Origin: Thermodesulfobacteriota bacterium | GTDB taxonomy: Bacteria; Desulfobacterota; Binatia; Bin18 | Direction: 5' to 3' | Length of the DNA stretch: 64,000 bases | Assembly: GCA_964291405.2 (NCBI GenBank) | Contig: OZ219926.1 | Span: 384,001-448,000 of the forward strand | In this document: positions 39,312-50,590 of the stretch, in pieces | Layout of the letters: each line of letters opens with the position of its first letter | How positions within the stretch are numbered: the first letter of the stretch is position 1 | Program-made: the position numbers and the translations under genes | The notes under the pieces: generated by a model | The model's database searches: none | Seen by the model: only the letters and a program-made list of their open reading frames with translations | What the model was told of the DNA's origin: nothing

Positions 39312-40810
39312 CTAATCCTCAATCTCCGGCCTTCTTTCCCCTACCCGCGTGGCCTGCTCAAACGCATGGGCCAACTGAAGCACGCCCAGTTCGTTCTGGT
39401 GTCGGCCAACGATCTGCACACCAACGGGCAGGCCCTCTGGTGTGAAGCCGCACGGCACCGAGATGGCCGGCAGGCCGGTGACGCTGATGTAGTAACACGA
39501 GCGCATCCAGTCCAAATACGTCTCCATCTGTACGCCGTTAATCTCCCGTACGTAGCGCTGTTTGATATCAAACGGCGGCACCTGAGAGACAGGCAGAATC
39601 AGGAACTCATACTGCTGCATGAACTCACGCACTCGGTGATAGAGCAGCGTGCGCTTTTTCTCGGCCTGCCCGATTTGCGGACCGGTGAGTTTTGTCCCCT
39701 CTTCGATATTCCAGATGACCGTGTCCTTCATTTTGTTTCGGTGTTCGGGCAACAACTCGCCCAAAGACAGATCAAAATACCACGCCCGCCAGACGCGAAA
39801 GACTTCGTCGGCATCTTGGAAGTCAGGGGTCGCTTCCTCAATGACGCAGCCTAGGTCGGTAAATACGCTACGCCGGCTTTCGAGCACTGCGGTCACACGG
39901 GCGTCCACCGGCAGGCCGCCCAGCGTCGGACTCCAGGCAATCGGGGTATCCGCAAAGGAGTGTTCAAGCGGCTGAAGGAACTGCTCGCCTGATTCGGTAT
40001 TGGCAATCGGCACCCGAGGGTCGGGCCCGGCCATAACGCTCAGCAACAACGCCACATCCTGAACGGTGCGGGCCATCGGCCCCTCAACGGCAAACGGAAA
40101 CCAGCCGACCCGGTGCGGCCAAGTGGGCACGCGACCGGGCGAGGGCCGGAACCCCACCACGTTGCAGAAACTGGCCGGGTTGCGCAGCGAGCCGCCCAGG
40201 TCGCTGCCGTCGGCAATCGGTAGCATTCCGGTCGCCAACGACACCGCGGCCCCACCGCTACTGCCGCCGCAGGTTGCGGAGAGATCGTACGGGTTGAGGG
40301 TCTCGCCAAACACTTCGTTATACGTCTGCGAGCCGGCCCCGAACTCGGGCGTATTCGTCTTGCCGATGGCAATCGCACCGGCCGCACGCAGGCGTTCGAC
40401 AATAATCTCGTCCTGGTCGGGAACAAAGTCGGCAAAGATCGGCGAGCCGAGCGTGGTGCGTACGCCTTTGGTCAAGACCAAATCCTTGCACAATCCCACC
40501 TCAGCTTCGGGGCACGTTTTACCGGAACGGTCCAGCCAAACACGTCGTTGGTACACTGCGGTATCGGCATGGCAATGGGCAAGCCGTGCAGTGGACCAAC
40601 CTCCTGGTCTCGCCCGAGCGCTTCATCAGCTGCGGTCGCCCGCTCCAGGCCATACTCGGCCAACAGGGTCACAATCGCGTTCACTCGCGGATTGACGCGC
40701 TCGATCCGGGCTAGATGCGCTTCCATGACCTCCCGGCACGACACCTCGCGGGTGCGAATGCGCGCAGCCAGTTCGGTTGCGCTGAGAAAGCAGAGTTCGG
40801 CAGCAGACAT
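39312..40810 (-). pseudogene. Amidase signature family protein interrupted by an 80-bp insertion
   Basis: N-part MSAAELCFLSATEL...GPLHGLPIA; C-part KDL..TKGVRTT..GGSSGG..GSDLGGSLRNP; removing 40489-40568 restores PIAIKDL. Confidence 0.85.
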
Positions 40811-40951
40811 ACTCCCTCCCTTGGACGAGACCGTCCCTCCTGGTCGTCCGAGCAGCCTAGCGTCAGCGGAGTCAAAGGACAACGGCGCTTGAAAGGCGCA
40901 CCAATATGCAGTCCAATATACACACCCTCAACCGCGCAACAGGAGGATAGC

Positions 40952-42346
40952 ATGAGCCGGCCTTTTCCTGACGATCCATTTCTCCAGGGGAATTATGCTC
41001 CCTGGCCCATGGAGGGCGAGATTCACGACTTGGTAGTTACGGGCGAAATCCCGGCCGAGTTAAACGGCACCCTGTACCGGAACGGCTCAAACCCCCAGTT
41101 TGCACCCCGCGGACAGTATCACTGGTTTGACGGGGACGGCATGATTCACGCGTTTACCCTGGGCGCGGGCAAGGCGCATTATCGAAATCGCTGGGTCCGA
41201 ACGGAACGTTTCAAGCTTGAGCGCCAGCACGGGGAAGCGCTCTTTACCGGCCTCAGTGACCTGAGTAATACGGACGAACGGGCCCAGGGCGTTTTTCCGA
41301 ATGCGGCCAATACGAATATCGTCTTCCATGCGGGACGACTGCTCGCCCTGTGGGAAGGTGGTCCGCCCTATGAACTTGACCCATCGACCCTCGAAACCAT
41401 TGGCGTGTACGATTTTAACGGCAAGCTCCAGGGGGCCATGACCGCTCATCCCAAGGTCGATCCGGAAACAGGTGAACTCCTCTTTTTTGGTTACGGGCCG
41501 TTCCCGCCCTATCTGCGCTACACGGTCGTCTCTGCGGACGGTGATATTACGCGGAACGAAGAGATTTCCCTGCCAGTACCGGCCATGATGCACGATTTCA
41601 TCGCCACCCGAGAGCACGTCATCTTCATGGTTTTTCCGGCGACCCTGCGCCCGGAAAATCTGGCTTCCGGTTCTCCCGTGCGCTGGGAGCCAGCACTGGG
41701 AACGCGCATTGGGGTCATGCCACGCGACGGAGGAGGCGAGGATACCGTCTGGTTTGAGACCGACCCCTGCTTTGTGTTTCACGCCATGAATGCCTACACC
41801 CAAGGCAACACGGTCAGCGCTGATGTATGTCAGTTCCGCCTGCTGCCACTGTTTCAGGTTGACGGAGAAGACCTGGAGGCCAACATCCCGGTCTTCACTC
41901 GCTGGTCGCTTGACCTGACGACCCGCTCAATCACCCAGGCACAACGGGACGACCGGCTCAGCGAGTTTCCCCGACTGGATGAACGCTACGCCGGTTTGCC
42001 CTATAGGAAGGGATATGCGGCAGGCCGAGAGGACGCCGTTCCTTCCTCGGAAGGTCTGTTTAGCACGGTCATTGGGTATGACCATGCAAACGATCGGTCC
42101 CATACTCATGCGTTCGGCCCGGACAGCTACTCCTCGGAGCCGATTTTTGTCCCGCGTTCTGCGCGGTCAGCCGAAGGCGAAGGCTTTCTGCTCGTGGGGG
42201 TATACCGCAAAGAGGAAAATCGGAGCGACTTGGTCATTCTCGACGCGGAAAATATCGTGCACGAGCCACTGGCTACCGTTCACCTCCCCCATCGGGTGCC
42301 GTATGGCTTTCACGGCAATTGGGTGGAGGGGTTGTCGGTGGAGTGA
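40952..42346 (+). CDS. Carotenoid oxygenase/lignostilbene dioxygenase family protein
   Basis: HWFDGDGM, TAHPK, MMHDF, VFHAMNA, SEP.F, YGFHGNW (four Fe-binding His). Confidence 0.93.
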   Translation: MSRPFPDDPFLQGNYAPWPMEGEIHDLVVTGEIPAELNGTLYRNGSNPQFAPRGQYHWFDGDGMIHAFTLGAGKAHYRNRWVRTERFKLERQHGEALFTGLSDLSNTDERAQGVFPNAANTNIVFHAGRLLALWEGGPPYELDPSTLETIGVYDFNGKLQGAMTAHPKVDPETGELLFFGYGPFPPYLRYTVVSADGDITRNEEISLPVPAMMHDFIATREHVIFMVFPATLRPENLASGSPVRWEPALGTRIGVMPRDGGGEDTVWFETDPCFVFHAMNAYTQGNTVSADVCQFRLLPLFQVDGEDLEANIPVFTRWSLDLTTRSITQAQRDDRLSEFPRLDERYAGLPYRKGYAAGREDAVPSSEGLFSTVIGYDHANDRSHTHAFGPDSYSSEPIFVPRSARSAEGEGFLLVGVYRKEENRSDLVILDAENIVHEPLATVHLPHRVPYGFHGNWVEGLSVE

Positions 42347-42386
42347 TGCCTTGACCCGCCTTCACCAAAGTCGTCATGTATAAAGC

Positions 42387-43130
42387 GTGACGGCTTACAC
42401 ATCAGTCTGCTGGTACGCCAGCCTGCTCATATTATTTACCTTTGTCCCGCCTATCCACGCTTACCGGGAAATCACAGTTAAGGACGGCGGTAGCATCAGA
42501 GGACAGGTCGTATTCGACGGTAAAGTACCACCGCCGGTCACCCTCCCCGTCCACAAGAACAGAGCGGTCTGCGGAGAAAGCATGCCGGATGAGGGTCTTC
42601 TGGTTGATGCTTATGGGGGCCTCAAAAATGTCGTCGTCGTCCTGGATGGTATTCGCGCTGGGAAAGGCAACCCCGTTCTTCCCGCCCTACTAGACAATAA
42701 AAACTGCGCCTTTGTTCCCCGCGTCCAAACCATAGCCGTCGGGCAAACGCTCGCGCTGCGGAACAGCGACTTCATCCTGCATAATGTCCATGCCCGCCGA
42801 AATGGCTACGAGACCATATTCAATCTGGGCCTGCCGTACTGGTCCGAGAAGACCTATCGCTTTACGCGACCGGGTCATGTGCTGGTCGATTGTGATGTGC
42901 TGCATACCTGGATGCAGGCGCATATCATTATTACCGACCATCCCTATACCGCGGTAACGGACGCTGCCGGTCGGTTCGACATCAGCCACATCCCTGCAGG
43001 CGAGTACGGCCTGCGCCTATGGCATGAGCGGCTTGGAGAACAAACTCAGCCGGTGTCCGTCCGAATAGCCCAGGAGACTCGCGTCCGGCTGACCTATACA
43101 GGCAAGGGGCAAAAAGATAAGGGACACTGA
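42387..43130 (+). CDS. Exported cupredoxin-like plus carboxypeptidase-regulatory-like domain protein
   Basis: Signal peptide; C.F.P, LHNVH, CDVLHTWM, HPY.AVTD..G.F, W.HE.LG. Confidence 0.7.
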   Translation: MTAYTSVCWYASLLILFTFVPPIHAYREITVKDGGSIRGQVVFDGKVPPPVTLPVHKNRAVCGESMPDEGLLVDAYGGLKNVVVVLDGIRAGKGNPVLPALLDNKNCAFVPRVQTIAVGQTLALRNSDFILHNVHARRNGYETIFNLGLPYWSEKTYRFTRPGHVLVDCDVLHTWMQAHIIITDHPYTAVTDAAGRFDISHIPAGEYGLRLWHERLGEQTQPVSVRIAQETRVRLTYTGKGQKDKGH

Positions 43131-43150
43131 GCTTGTAGGGGAGAACATCC

Positions 43151-43846
43151 ATGTCAGACAATCCGGTACACTATGAACTGAACGATGCGATTGCCATTCT
43201 GCGTCTTGACGACGGAAAGGCCAATGCGGTCAACCATGCGCTGATCCAAGGCGTGAATGACGCTTTGGACAAAGCCGCGCAGGAAGCCAAGGCGGTCGTC
43301 TTAACGGGCCGGCCCGGTCGTTTTTCCGCTGGATTCGATCTCACCGTCCTCCAGTCCGGTCCGGAGGCCGGTGCCATGCTCGTGACTGCCGGCGCACGGA
43401 TGCTGCTCAAGCTGTTCACTCATCCGCAACCGGTCGTTGCCGCTAGCACGGGTCACGCTATTGCCGCCGGCGGCTTTATGCTGCTCGCCAGCGATACCCG
43501 TTTAGGCGTCCAGGGCGATTTCAAAATCGGGCTTAATGAGGTTGCCATTGGGATGACGCTACCGGAGTTTGGCCTGATGTTCGCGCGCGAACGATTGTCC
43601 AAGCGTCATTTTACCAACGCGGTGATCCAGGCCCGCTTGTACAGCCCGACCGAGGCCGTCGATGTCGGTTTCTTGGATCGAGTATGCGAGGCTGACACTC
43701 TGTTAGACGAAGCGCTCGGCGAAGCCCGTCGCCTGGCGGCGCTCGACCTGCCGTCCTACGGTCGTACCAAGGGGCGCGCCCGGAACGCACTGGCCGAGCA
43801 GATACGCAGCGGTTTGGACGAAGATATCGCCCGCTTAATGGCCTAG
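43151..43846 (+). CDS. Crotonase/enoyl-CoA hydratase-isomerase family protein
   Basis: DDGKANA, FSAGFDL, GHAIAAG, IGLNEVAIG. Confidence 0.9.
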   Translation: MSDNPVHYELNDAIAILRLDDGKANAVNHALIQGVNDALDKAAQEAKAVVLTGRPGRFSAGFDLTVLQSGPEAGAMLVTAGARMLLKLFTHPQPVVAASTGHAIAAGGFMLLASDTRLGVQGDFKIGLNEVAIGMTLPEFGLMFARERLSKRHFTNAVIQARLYSPTEAVDVGFLDRVCEADTLLDEALGEARRLAALDLPSYGRTKGRARNALAEQIRSGLDEDIARLMA

Positions 43847-43870
43847 GAGCGGTTTGCGAACCGCCCCTAC
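43843..43870. repeat. GTAG-type REP palindrome containing the stop codons of both convergent genes
   Basis: Minus strand GTAGGGGCGGTTCGCAAACCGCTCCTAG. Confidence 0.7.
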
Positions 43871-45381
43871 TTCGACAGCTGGTTTGTCGTGTGGCCGTTC
43901 AGCCCTGTTTCGACTGTCTCCTCCGACAGAATCGTGGCCGCGGTTTCTTCGACCACCGTTCCCTTGAAAAAGTCCGGGTTGGCCTCACCCCAGAAACGGA
44001 TCGGATTGGTACACATAAAGTCACGAAAGCCAGCATCGCTGACCAAGCCTTTTTCAACGAGCTCATACGCTTCGGGCACCACGTGGCTCATATTCGCCAC
44101 GTCGAAGTGGCCAATATCAGAACCGAAGAGCGCGTTGAGCTGCGCCCCAAACGGATTGCACTGCCGATTGAAGGCCCAAGCATTCATCTTGTCGTCCGAC
44201 TCGCAGCCAAAATAGAAATTCTTGACAAACAAGTCGTGAATGTCCGACGCCTGGGTGATCTCGCAGGCTGAAAAGTCGTCCAGATTATCAATACCGCCGA
44301 CGGCGGTCGCACCCTGTGTACTCAGTACGGTGTCCATGGCTGCGTCGCTCTGCGTGAACGCCTCAGCCATGTCCGTGCTGCCGTATTGCCGCACCAATTC
44401 GTCCAGAAGTTGCTGGTCAAGGTTAGCCGGATCAACCTCTGCCAACGCTTCGATATTTCGCTTCTCCCAGTGTTCGATCAGATCAGCGTATAACTGACAT
44501 GCCCAACCGACCCCACCCTCCAGAAAGGCGAACTTGAGCGTGGGGAAACGCCGGGTAACGCCGCCGAGAAAGAGGGCTTTGCACACGGCTTCGTTTGCCG
44601 CGGCAAAATGGCCAATATGGTTGTACACAAAATTAGAGGGGGAAATCCGTAGCGCATACCCGCGCGAGCCGGTATGAAACGTTGGCGACAGGCCCCGTTC
44701 AATGCACATCTCCCAGACCGGGTCGTAGTCGTATTCGCTGTCCAAGCCCAGCACGTCGCGCCACGTCATCAGTTCTTCCGTACCCGGATAGTGTTCGACT
44801 GCGGCGGGAATGGGCCGTTTGATCATGCTACCCAGCATGATCACTTTCATGCCGAGCTGCGATGTCACATAGTCGATTTCTTCCAGGGCCTCCTCGGGCG
44901 TATTCATCGGAATCACCGCCGTTGGAGTCATGCGATCGGCATAAGCCCGAAAATAGTCCGCGCTGAAAATATTGAACGCCCGGCAGGCGGCTTTCCGCAG
45001 TTCGGTATCGCTGCCACGGGTCAACCCCAGACCCGCAGTAGGATAGAGGATGGTGAAGTCTATGCCGAACTCGTCCAAGCGTTCATACAGTAATTGGGGC
45101 ATCATGGCCGTTGCCCGGTCGTGCGTGTTCTTGGTTGGAATCCCCCAAAAGGCCTGCTGGGCGGTCCGCTGGTGGCGCCTTTCGGCCACTGACAGGCTTA
45201 AATGTTCTTGGACGAGAGTGGTGAACACCGAGAAACCTTCGACTGCCTTGGTGCCGCCGATTTTTCTCAGTTGTTCGCGCACCAGCGGCCCGAACTCCAG
45301 CCAGTGTCCGTCCGCGTCTATAATCGGGTGCTGCAACCGGGCGCGTATACCCGCTCCGTTCGTCTGACCATTACTACTCAT
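43867..45381 (-). CDS. Amidohydrolase family protein (Amidohydro_2)
   Basis: IDADGHW, TFH, LEGGVGW, GSDIGHFD. Confidence 0.88.
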   Translation of the reverse strand: MSSNGQTNGAGIRARLQHPIIDADGHWLEFGPLVREQLRKIGGTKAVEGFSVFTTLVQEHLSLSVAERRHQRTAQQAFWGIPTKNTHDRATAMMPQLLYERLDEFGIDFTILYPTAGLGLTRGSDTELRKAACRAFNIFSADYFRAYADRMTPTAVIPMNTPEEALEEIDYVTSQLGMKVIMLGSMIKRPIPAAVEHYPGTEELMTWRDVLGLDSEYDYDPVWEMCIERGLSPTFHTGSRGYALRISPSNFVYNHIGHFAAANEAVCKALFLGGVTRRFPTLKFAFLEGGVGWACQLYADLIEHWEKRNIEALAEVDPANLDQQLLDELVRQYGSTDMAEAFTQSDAAMDTVLSTQGATAVGGIDNLDDFSACEITQASDIHDLFVKNFYFGCESDDKMNAWAFNRQCNPFGAQLNALFGSDIGHFDVANMSHVVPEAYELVEKGLVSDAGFRDFMCTNPIRFWGEANPDFFKGTVVEETAATILSEETVETGLNGHTTNQLSK

Positions 45382-45524
45382 AAAAACCTCCCCGAGAGGG
45401 ATACCGCCCCTCCGACGCTTGACTCTTTTCCAGAAAAAGTAGGCCGAGTATAGGAAGTCAGACGGAGATTTACAATGCTTCGCCCGGCAGGGCTTCGTTC
45501 AGCGCTGAGGCAGTTTTCCTCTCA

Positions 45525-45558
45525 CCCCAACCCCTAATCCCCAGCCCCCAGTCCCTAT
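45525..45558. repeat. Heptamer repeat array
   Basis: CCCCAAC CCCTAAT CCCCAGC CCCCAGT CCCTAT. Confidence 0.75.
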
Positions 45559-48500
45559 CTATGCATGAACCGGCGTAAGCTCATCCAGCAATGACTTCGC
45601 CGCTCGCAGGTCGGGCGTATCGAGTCCCTCGGTAAACCATGAATAGATGTCCGACAGGAGTCGGTAAGCGTCGTCCGGCTTTCCGTGCGATTGCCAGAAC
45701 GTCGCCAGGCGGGTTGCACTGCGGAGTTCCAGGGATTTTGCCTGCTGGCCGTGAGCGATCCGGATAGCACCCTCAAAACAGGCGGTGATTTCCTGGCTGT
45801 TGTGATCCGGACCGTCTTTGGATGCGAGTAATAATTCCCCCCGAGTGCGCAGCAGCTCGGCCTGCCACCATTTTTCGTTACTCTTGGCCATCTCGGCTTC
45901 TGCCTGGGCCAACACGGTGAGGCCATCCTCGACGCGACCGAGTTTGCCATAGGCCTCTGCCAAAAGCAAAGACACCTGACCGAGCTGCCGAATACCGAAC
46001 TCCTGCCAGATACGCTGGCCCTCCAGCATGTCGGCAATACCCTCCTCCACCTGGCCCTGTTCTGCTAAGGCCCAACCGCGCAAATAGGTCCCGGCGGCGT
46101 GAAAATAGGGGAAGCCCTGCTCACTCGCCAACGCGACCGCGCCCTCTGCCTGGGTTTGGGCCAGCGCTCCTTCTCGTCGAAAGCGATGGACCGCCGTTCC
46201 AAAATGCAGGGCAGAGACCAAACTGTAGGGATGCGAAATCTCGCGCGCGAGCGCAATGGCTTCCTGGCTGCGATGGAGGGCTTGGTCGGGATAGCCGAGA
46301 TGCCACAGCATCCAGGCCAGAAAGGCCAGACTGGACACACCGGGGTCCTGGCCTATCACGCCCTGGGCGTTCTCCGGGCCGTGGACACTTGGATCGTAGA
46401 TGTCCACGGCCCGTTCCAGATGGGCTCTGGCGTCAGCAAACGCCCCGAGCCGAAAGGCAGTCAATCCAAGCGCCTGCTGAGCCGGTAGAAATTGCTGGGA
46501 GCCGGGCATGCATTCGGACAGACGTTGGAGCTTTTCAGTCATTTCTCCTGCTGCAGCATACTCTCCACGCACCAGATGAAAACGCCATAAACCAAAAAGC
46601 ACAGGAAACTTCTGCGGTAGGTCTCCGGTCGCACGCGCCAATTCGCGGGCGCGCGTATACACACGTTCCACTTCGGGCGCGGCAAAGCCCTGGGTTGCCA
46701 TCAGGCAGGAACCGAGCGAGATGAGCAGGGTCAGCTCTTGCTGCGGACGGTCCGGGGTGTGAGGCAGTGTTGGCAGCAAGTCCAGCGCGTAATTGAGGTC
46801 GCGAATTGCCTCAGTATAGGCCGAATTCTTCAGCGCCAGCTCTCCGGCACGCTGAGAATACTCAGCGGCTTTCTCCGTATTCCCGCTCCGGGCGGAATGA
46901 TAGGCGAGTTCTCTGAGGCGACGATCATTCAGTTGCTCGTGGAACAGGGAGGCAATGGCTTGGGCCGTCCGGGCGTGCACTTCCTGACGGCGCTCGGACA
47001 AGAGCGAATTATAGGCCACATCCTGGGTAAGCGCATGCTTAAAGGTATATTCGACTTCGGGAAAGGCGGGCTGCTCATAGATGAACTCGGCTGTCTGTAA
47101 ACGGGATAACAGAGGCACGAGCGTTTCCTCATCCTGTTGAGCAACCTGGGTCAGGAGGCTGAGCGAGAACTCCCGGCCAATCACGGCGGCGGTCTGGAGC
47201 AGTTCCTTTTCCGCAGCGCCTAATTGGTCAATCCGACCGGCCAGAACACCCCGGACCGTCGCTGGGATATGGATCTCATCGAGTGGCTTGGTAAGGGAGA
47301 TGCCTCCCATGCTGTGGACCAGGACGCCCTGACCAAACAGCGCCCGGACCATCTCCTCCATAAAAAACGGCGTGCCCTCTGTTTTCTCCAAGATGAGCTG
47401 TTTGAGGGGTTCAAGCGAAGCGGCCGTAACCGGCCAGTTTGCCTCGTCGAGGAGTGCGGCCAGGAGTTCTTTGGCATCTTCCAGACCTAGCGCATCGAGT
47501 CGAAGCTGGCTGTAATAGGTCTTGCTTCCCCACTCGTGCCGATACTCCGGGCGGTAGTTGACCAGCAACAGCATGGGCGCGGTGGCCAGGCTCTCACTCA
47601 GAGTATCGAGAAAGGCCTGCGTGCCCTCGTCCAGCCATTGCAAGTCCTCAAAGATCAACACCACAGGCTGGGTGAGGCTCTCCCGCACGAGGAGTTGTTT
47701 AATGGTGTCAAAGGTGCGTTGTTGACGGATGTGGGGGTCCATCTGCTGAAGCGCCGCGGCGAATTCCGCATGACCCAAGAGGCTTAGCAGATAGGGCAGT
47801 CCGTCTTCGAGTTCACGATCAAGCGCAACCACCCGTCCGGCGACTTTTTCATGCAACGCCCGTTCGTCGTCCTGGGGGCGAACATGGAAGTAATTCCTCA
47901 GTAACTCGATCAAGGGCAGATATGCATAGCTGCTGCCATGGGCGGCACAAAATGTTTCAAGGACCAGACAGTGTTGCTCAGATAGCAGCTTGAATTCGTG
48001 AAACAGTCGGGATTTGCCAACTCCTGGCTCGCCCACCACCCCGACCATCTGTCCCTGGCCGGTGACGGCTTGTTCGCGGACCTGTTTGAGATGTTCGATT
48101 TCTTTCTTGCGACCAACGAAACGAGACAAACCGCGCGCGGCTGACACTTGGAGCCGGGTGCGCAGAGCGCCAACCCCGAGGAGTTCGTAAATCCGTACGG
48201 GCTCGCTGACGCCTTTGATCTTCGCTGCGCCCAAATCCTTGAACTCGAAATATCCCTCGGTAAGCTGGCGGGTATCCGCACTCACGACCGTTGTACCCGG
48301 CGTGGCCAGTCCTTCCATACGGGCCGCCAAGCTGGTCGAATGACCAACCGGAACATAGTCCGTGTGCAGATCGTTTTTCCGAATGGAGCGCACGACGACC
48401 TCGCCAGTATTGACGCCCACCCGCATTTGCAGATTGATCCCTTTGTCGTGCCGGAGCCGTTCGGCATAGGCCCTGCCCTCTTCTTGCATGCGGAGCGCGG

Positions 48501-48996
48501 CAAACAGGGCGCGCTGGGCGTGGTCTTCATGGGCGAGCGGCGCCCCAAAAAGAGCAAAAATACCATCGCCCATAGACTGGGCTACATAGCCTTCATAGCG
48601 ATGCACGGCGGCCATCATGAGTTGCAGGGCCGGATCAATAATGGAGCGCGCGTCTTCCGGGTCAAGATCCTCAATGAGTTCCATCGAGCCCTTGATATCG
48701 GCGAACAGCGCGGTAATGGTTTTGCGCTCGCCGTCAACCGCCCCACGCGCTTCGAGCGCAGCCTGCTCGGCGCGGATACGCTCGGCCAGATGGGGCGGGG
48801 TGTAGGTGTGGGGGCCGGGAGCTGGGGGTTGGGGATTGGGTGACTTGGTGAGCGCCGTCCCGCATTCCATGCAGAATTTGGCTCTGGCAACGTTCTCACA
48901 ACCGCAGTTCGGACAGCGGTTCTGGAGCGCGGCTCCACATTCGATACAAAATTTTGCGCCGTCCGGATTGTCGGTGTCACACTGGAGACATCGCAT
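45559..48996 (-). CDS. Double zinc ribbon-class III nucleotide cyclase-AAA ATPase-TPR protein
   Basis: Four CxxC; FADIKGS, GDG, RVGVNTG; GEPGVGKS Walker A, FEDLQW Walker B; FKHAL; TPR-like C-terminus. Confidence 0.92.
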   Translation of the reverse strand: MRCLQCDTDNPDGAKFCIECGAALQNRCPNCGCENVARAKFCMECGTALTKSPNPQPPAPGPHTYTPPHLAERIRAEQAALEARGAVDGERKTITALFADIKGSMELIEDLDPEDARSIIDPALQLMMAAVHRYEGYVAQSMGDGIFALFGAPLAHEDHAQRALFAALRMQEEGRAYAERLRHDKGINLQMRVGVNTGEVVVRSIRKNDLHTDYVPVGHSTSLAARMEGLATPGTTVVSADTRQLTEGYFEFKDLGAAKIKGVSEPVRIYELLGVGALRTRLQVSAARGLSRFVGRKKEIEHLKQVREQAVTGQGQMVGVVGEPGVGKSRLFHEFKLLSEQHCLVLETFCAAHGSSYAYLPLIELLRNYFHVRPQDDERALHEKVAGRVVALDRELEDGLPYLLSLLGHAEFAAALQQMDPHIRQQRTFDTIKQLLVRESLTQPVVLIFEDLQWLDEGTQAFLDTLSESLATAPMLLLVNYRPEYRHEWGSKTYYSQLRLDALGLEDAKELLAALLDEANWPVTAASLEPLKQLILEKTEGTPFFMEEMVRALFGQGVLVHSMGGISLTKPLDEIHIPATVRGVLAGRIDQLGAAEKELLQTAAVIGREFSLSLLTQVAQQDEETLVPLLSRLQTAEFIYEQPAFPEVEYTFKHALTQDVAYNSLLSERRQEVHARTAQAIASLFHEQLNDRRLRELAYHSARSGNTEKAAEYSQRAGELALKNSAYTEAIRDLNYALDLLPTLPHTPDRPQQELTLLISLGSCLMATQGFAAPEVERVYTRARELARATGDLPQKFPVLFGLWRFHLVRGEYAAAGEMTEKLQRLSECMPGSQQFLPAQQALGLTAFRLGAFADARAHLERAVDIYDPSVHGPENAQGVIGQDPGVSSLAFLAWMLWHLGYPDQALHRSQEAIALAREISHPYSLVSALHFGTAVHRFRREGALAQTQAEGAVALASEQGFPYFHAAGTYLRGWALAEQGQVEEGIADMLEGQRIWQEFGIRQLGQVSLLLAEAYGKLGRVEDGLTVLAQAEAEMAKSNEKWWQAELLRTRGELLLASKDGPDHNSQEITACFEGAIRIAHGQQAKSLELRSATRLATFWQSHGKPDDAYRLLSDIYSWFTEGLDTPDLRAAKSLLDELTPVHA

Positions 48997-49007
48997 GGGC
49001 TTTGACG

Positions 49008-50588
<1,581 letters not shown>

Positions 50589-50590
50589 GC

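Noticed and set aside
40489-40568. Self-splicing intron or MITE in the amidase
   Set aside because: Too short, no terminal inverted repeats or clear target duplication, and it resembles amidase coding sequence
40715-40951. 79-aa N-terminal extension of the carotenoid oxygenase
   Set aside because: It overlaps the amidase 5' end; a strong AGGAGG RBS precedes the ATG at 40952
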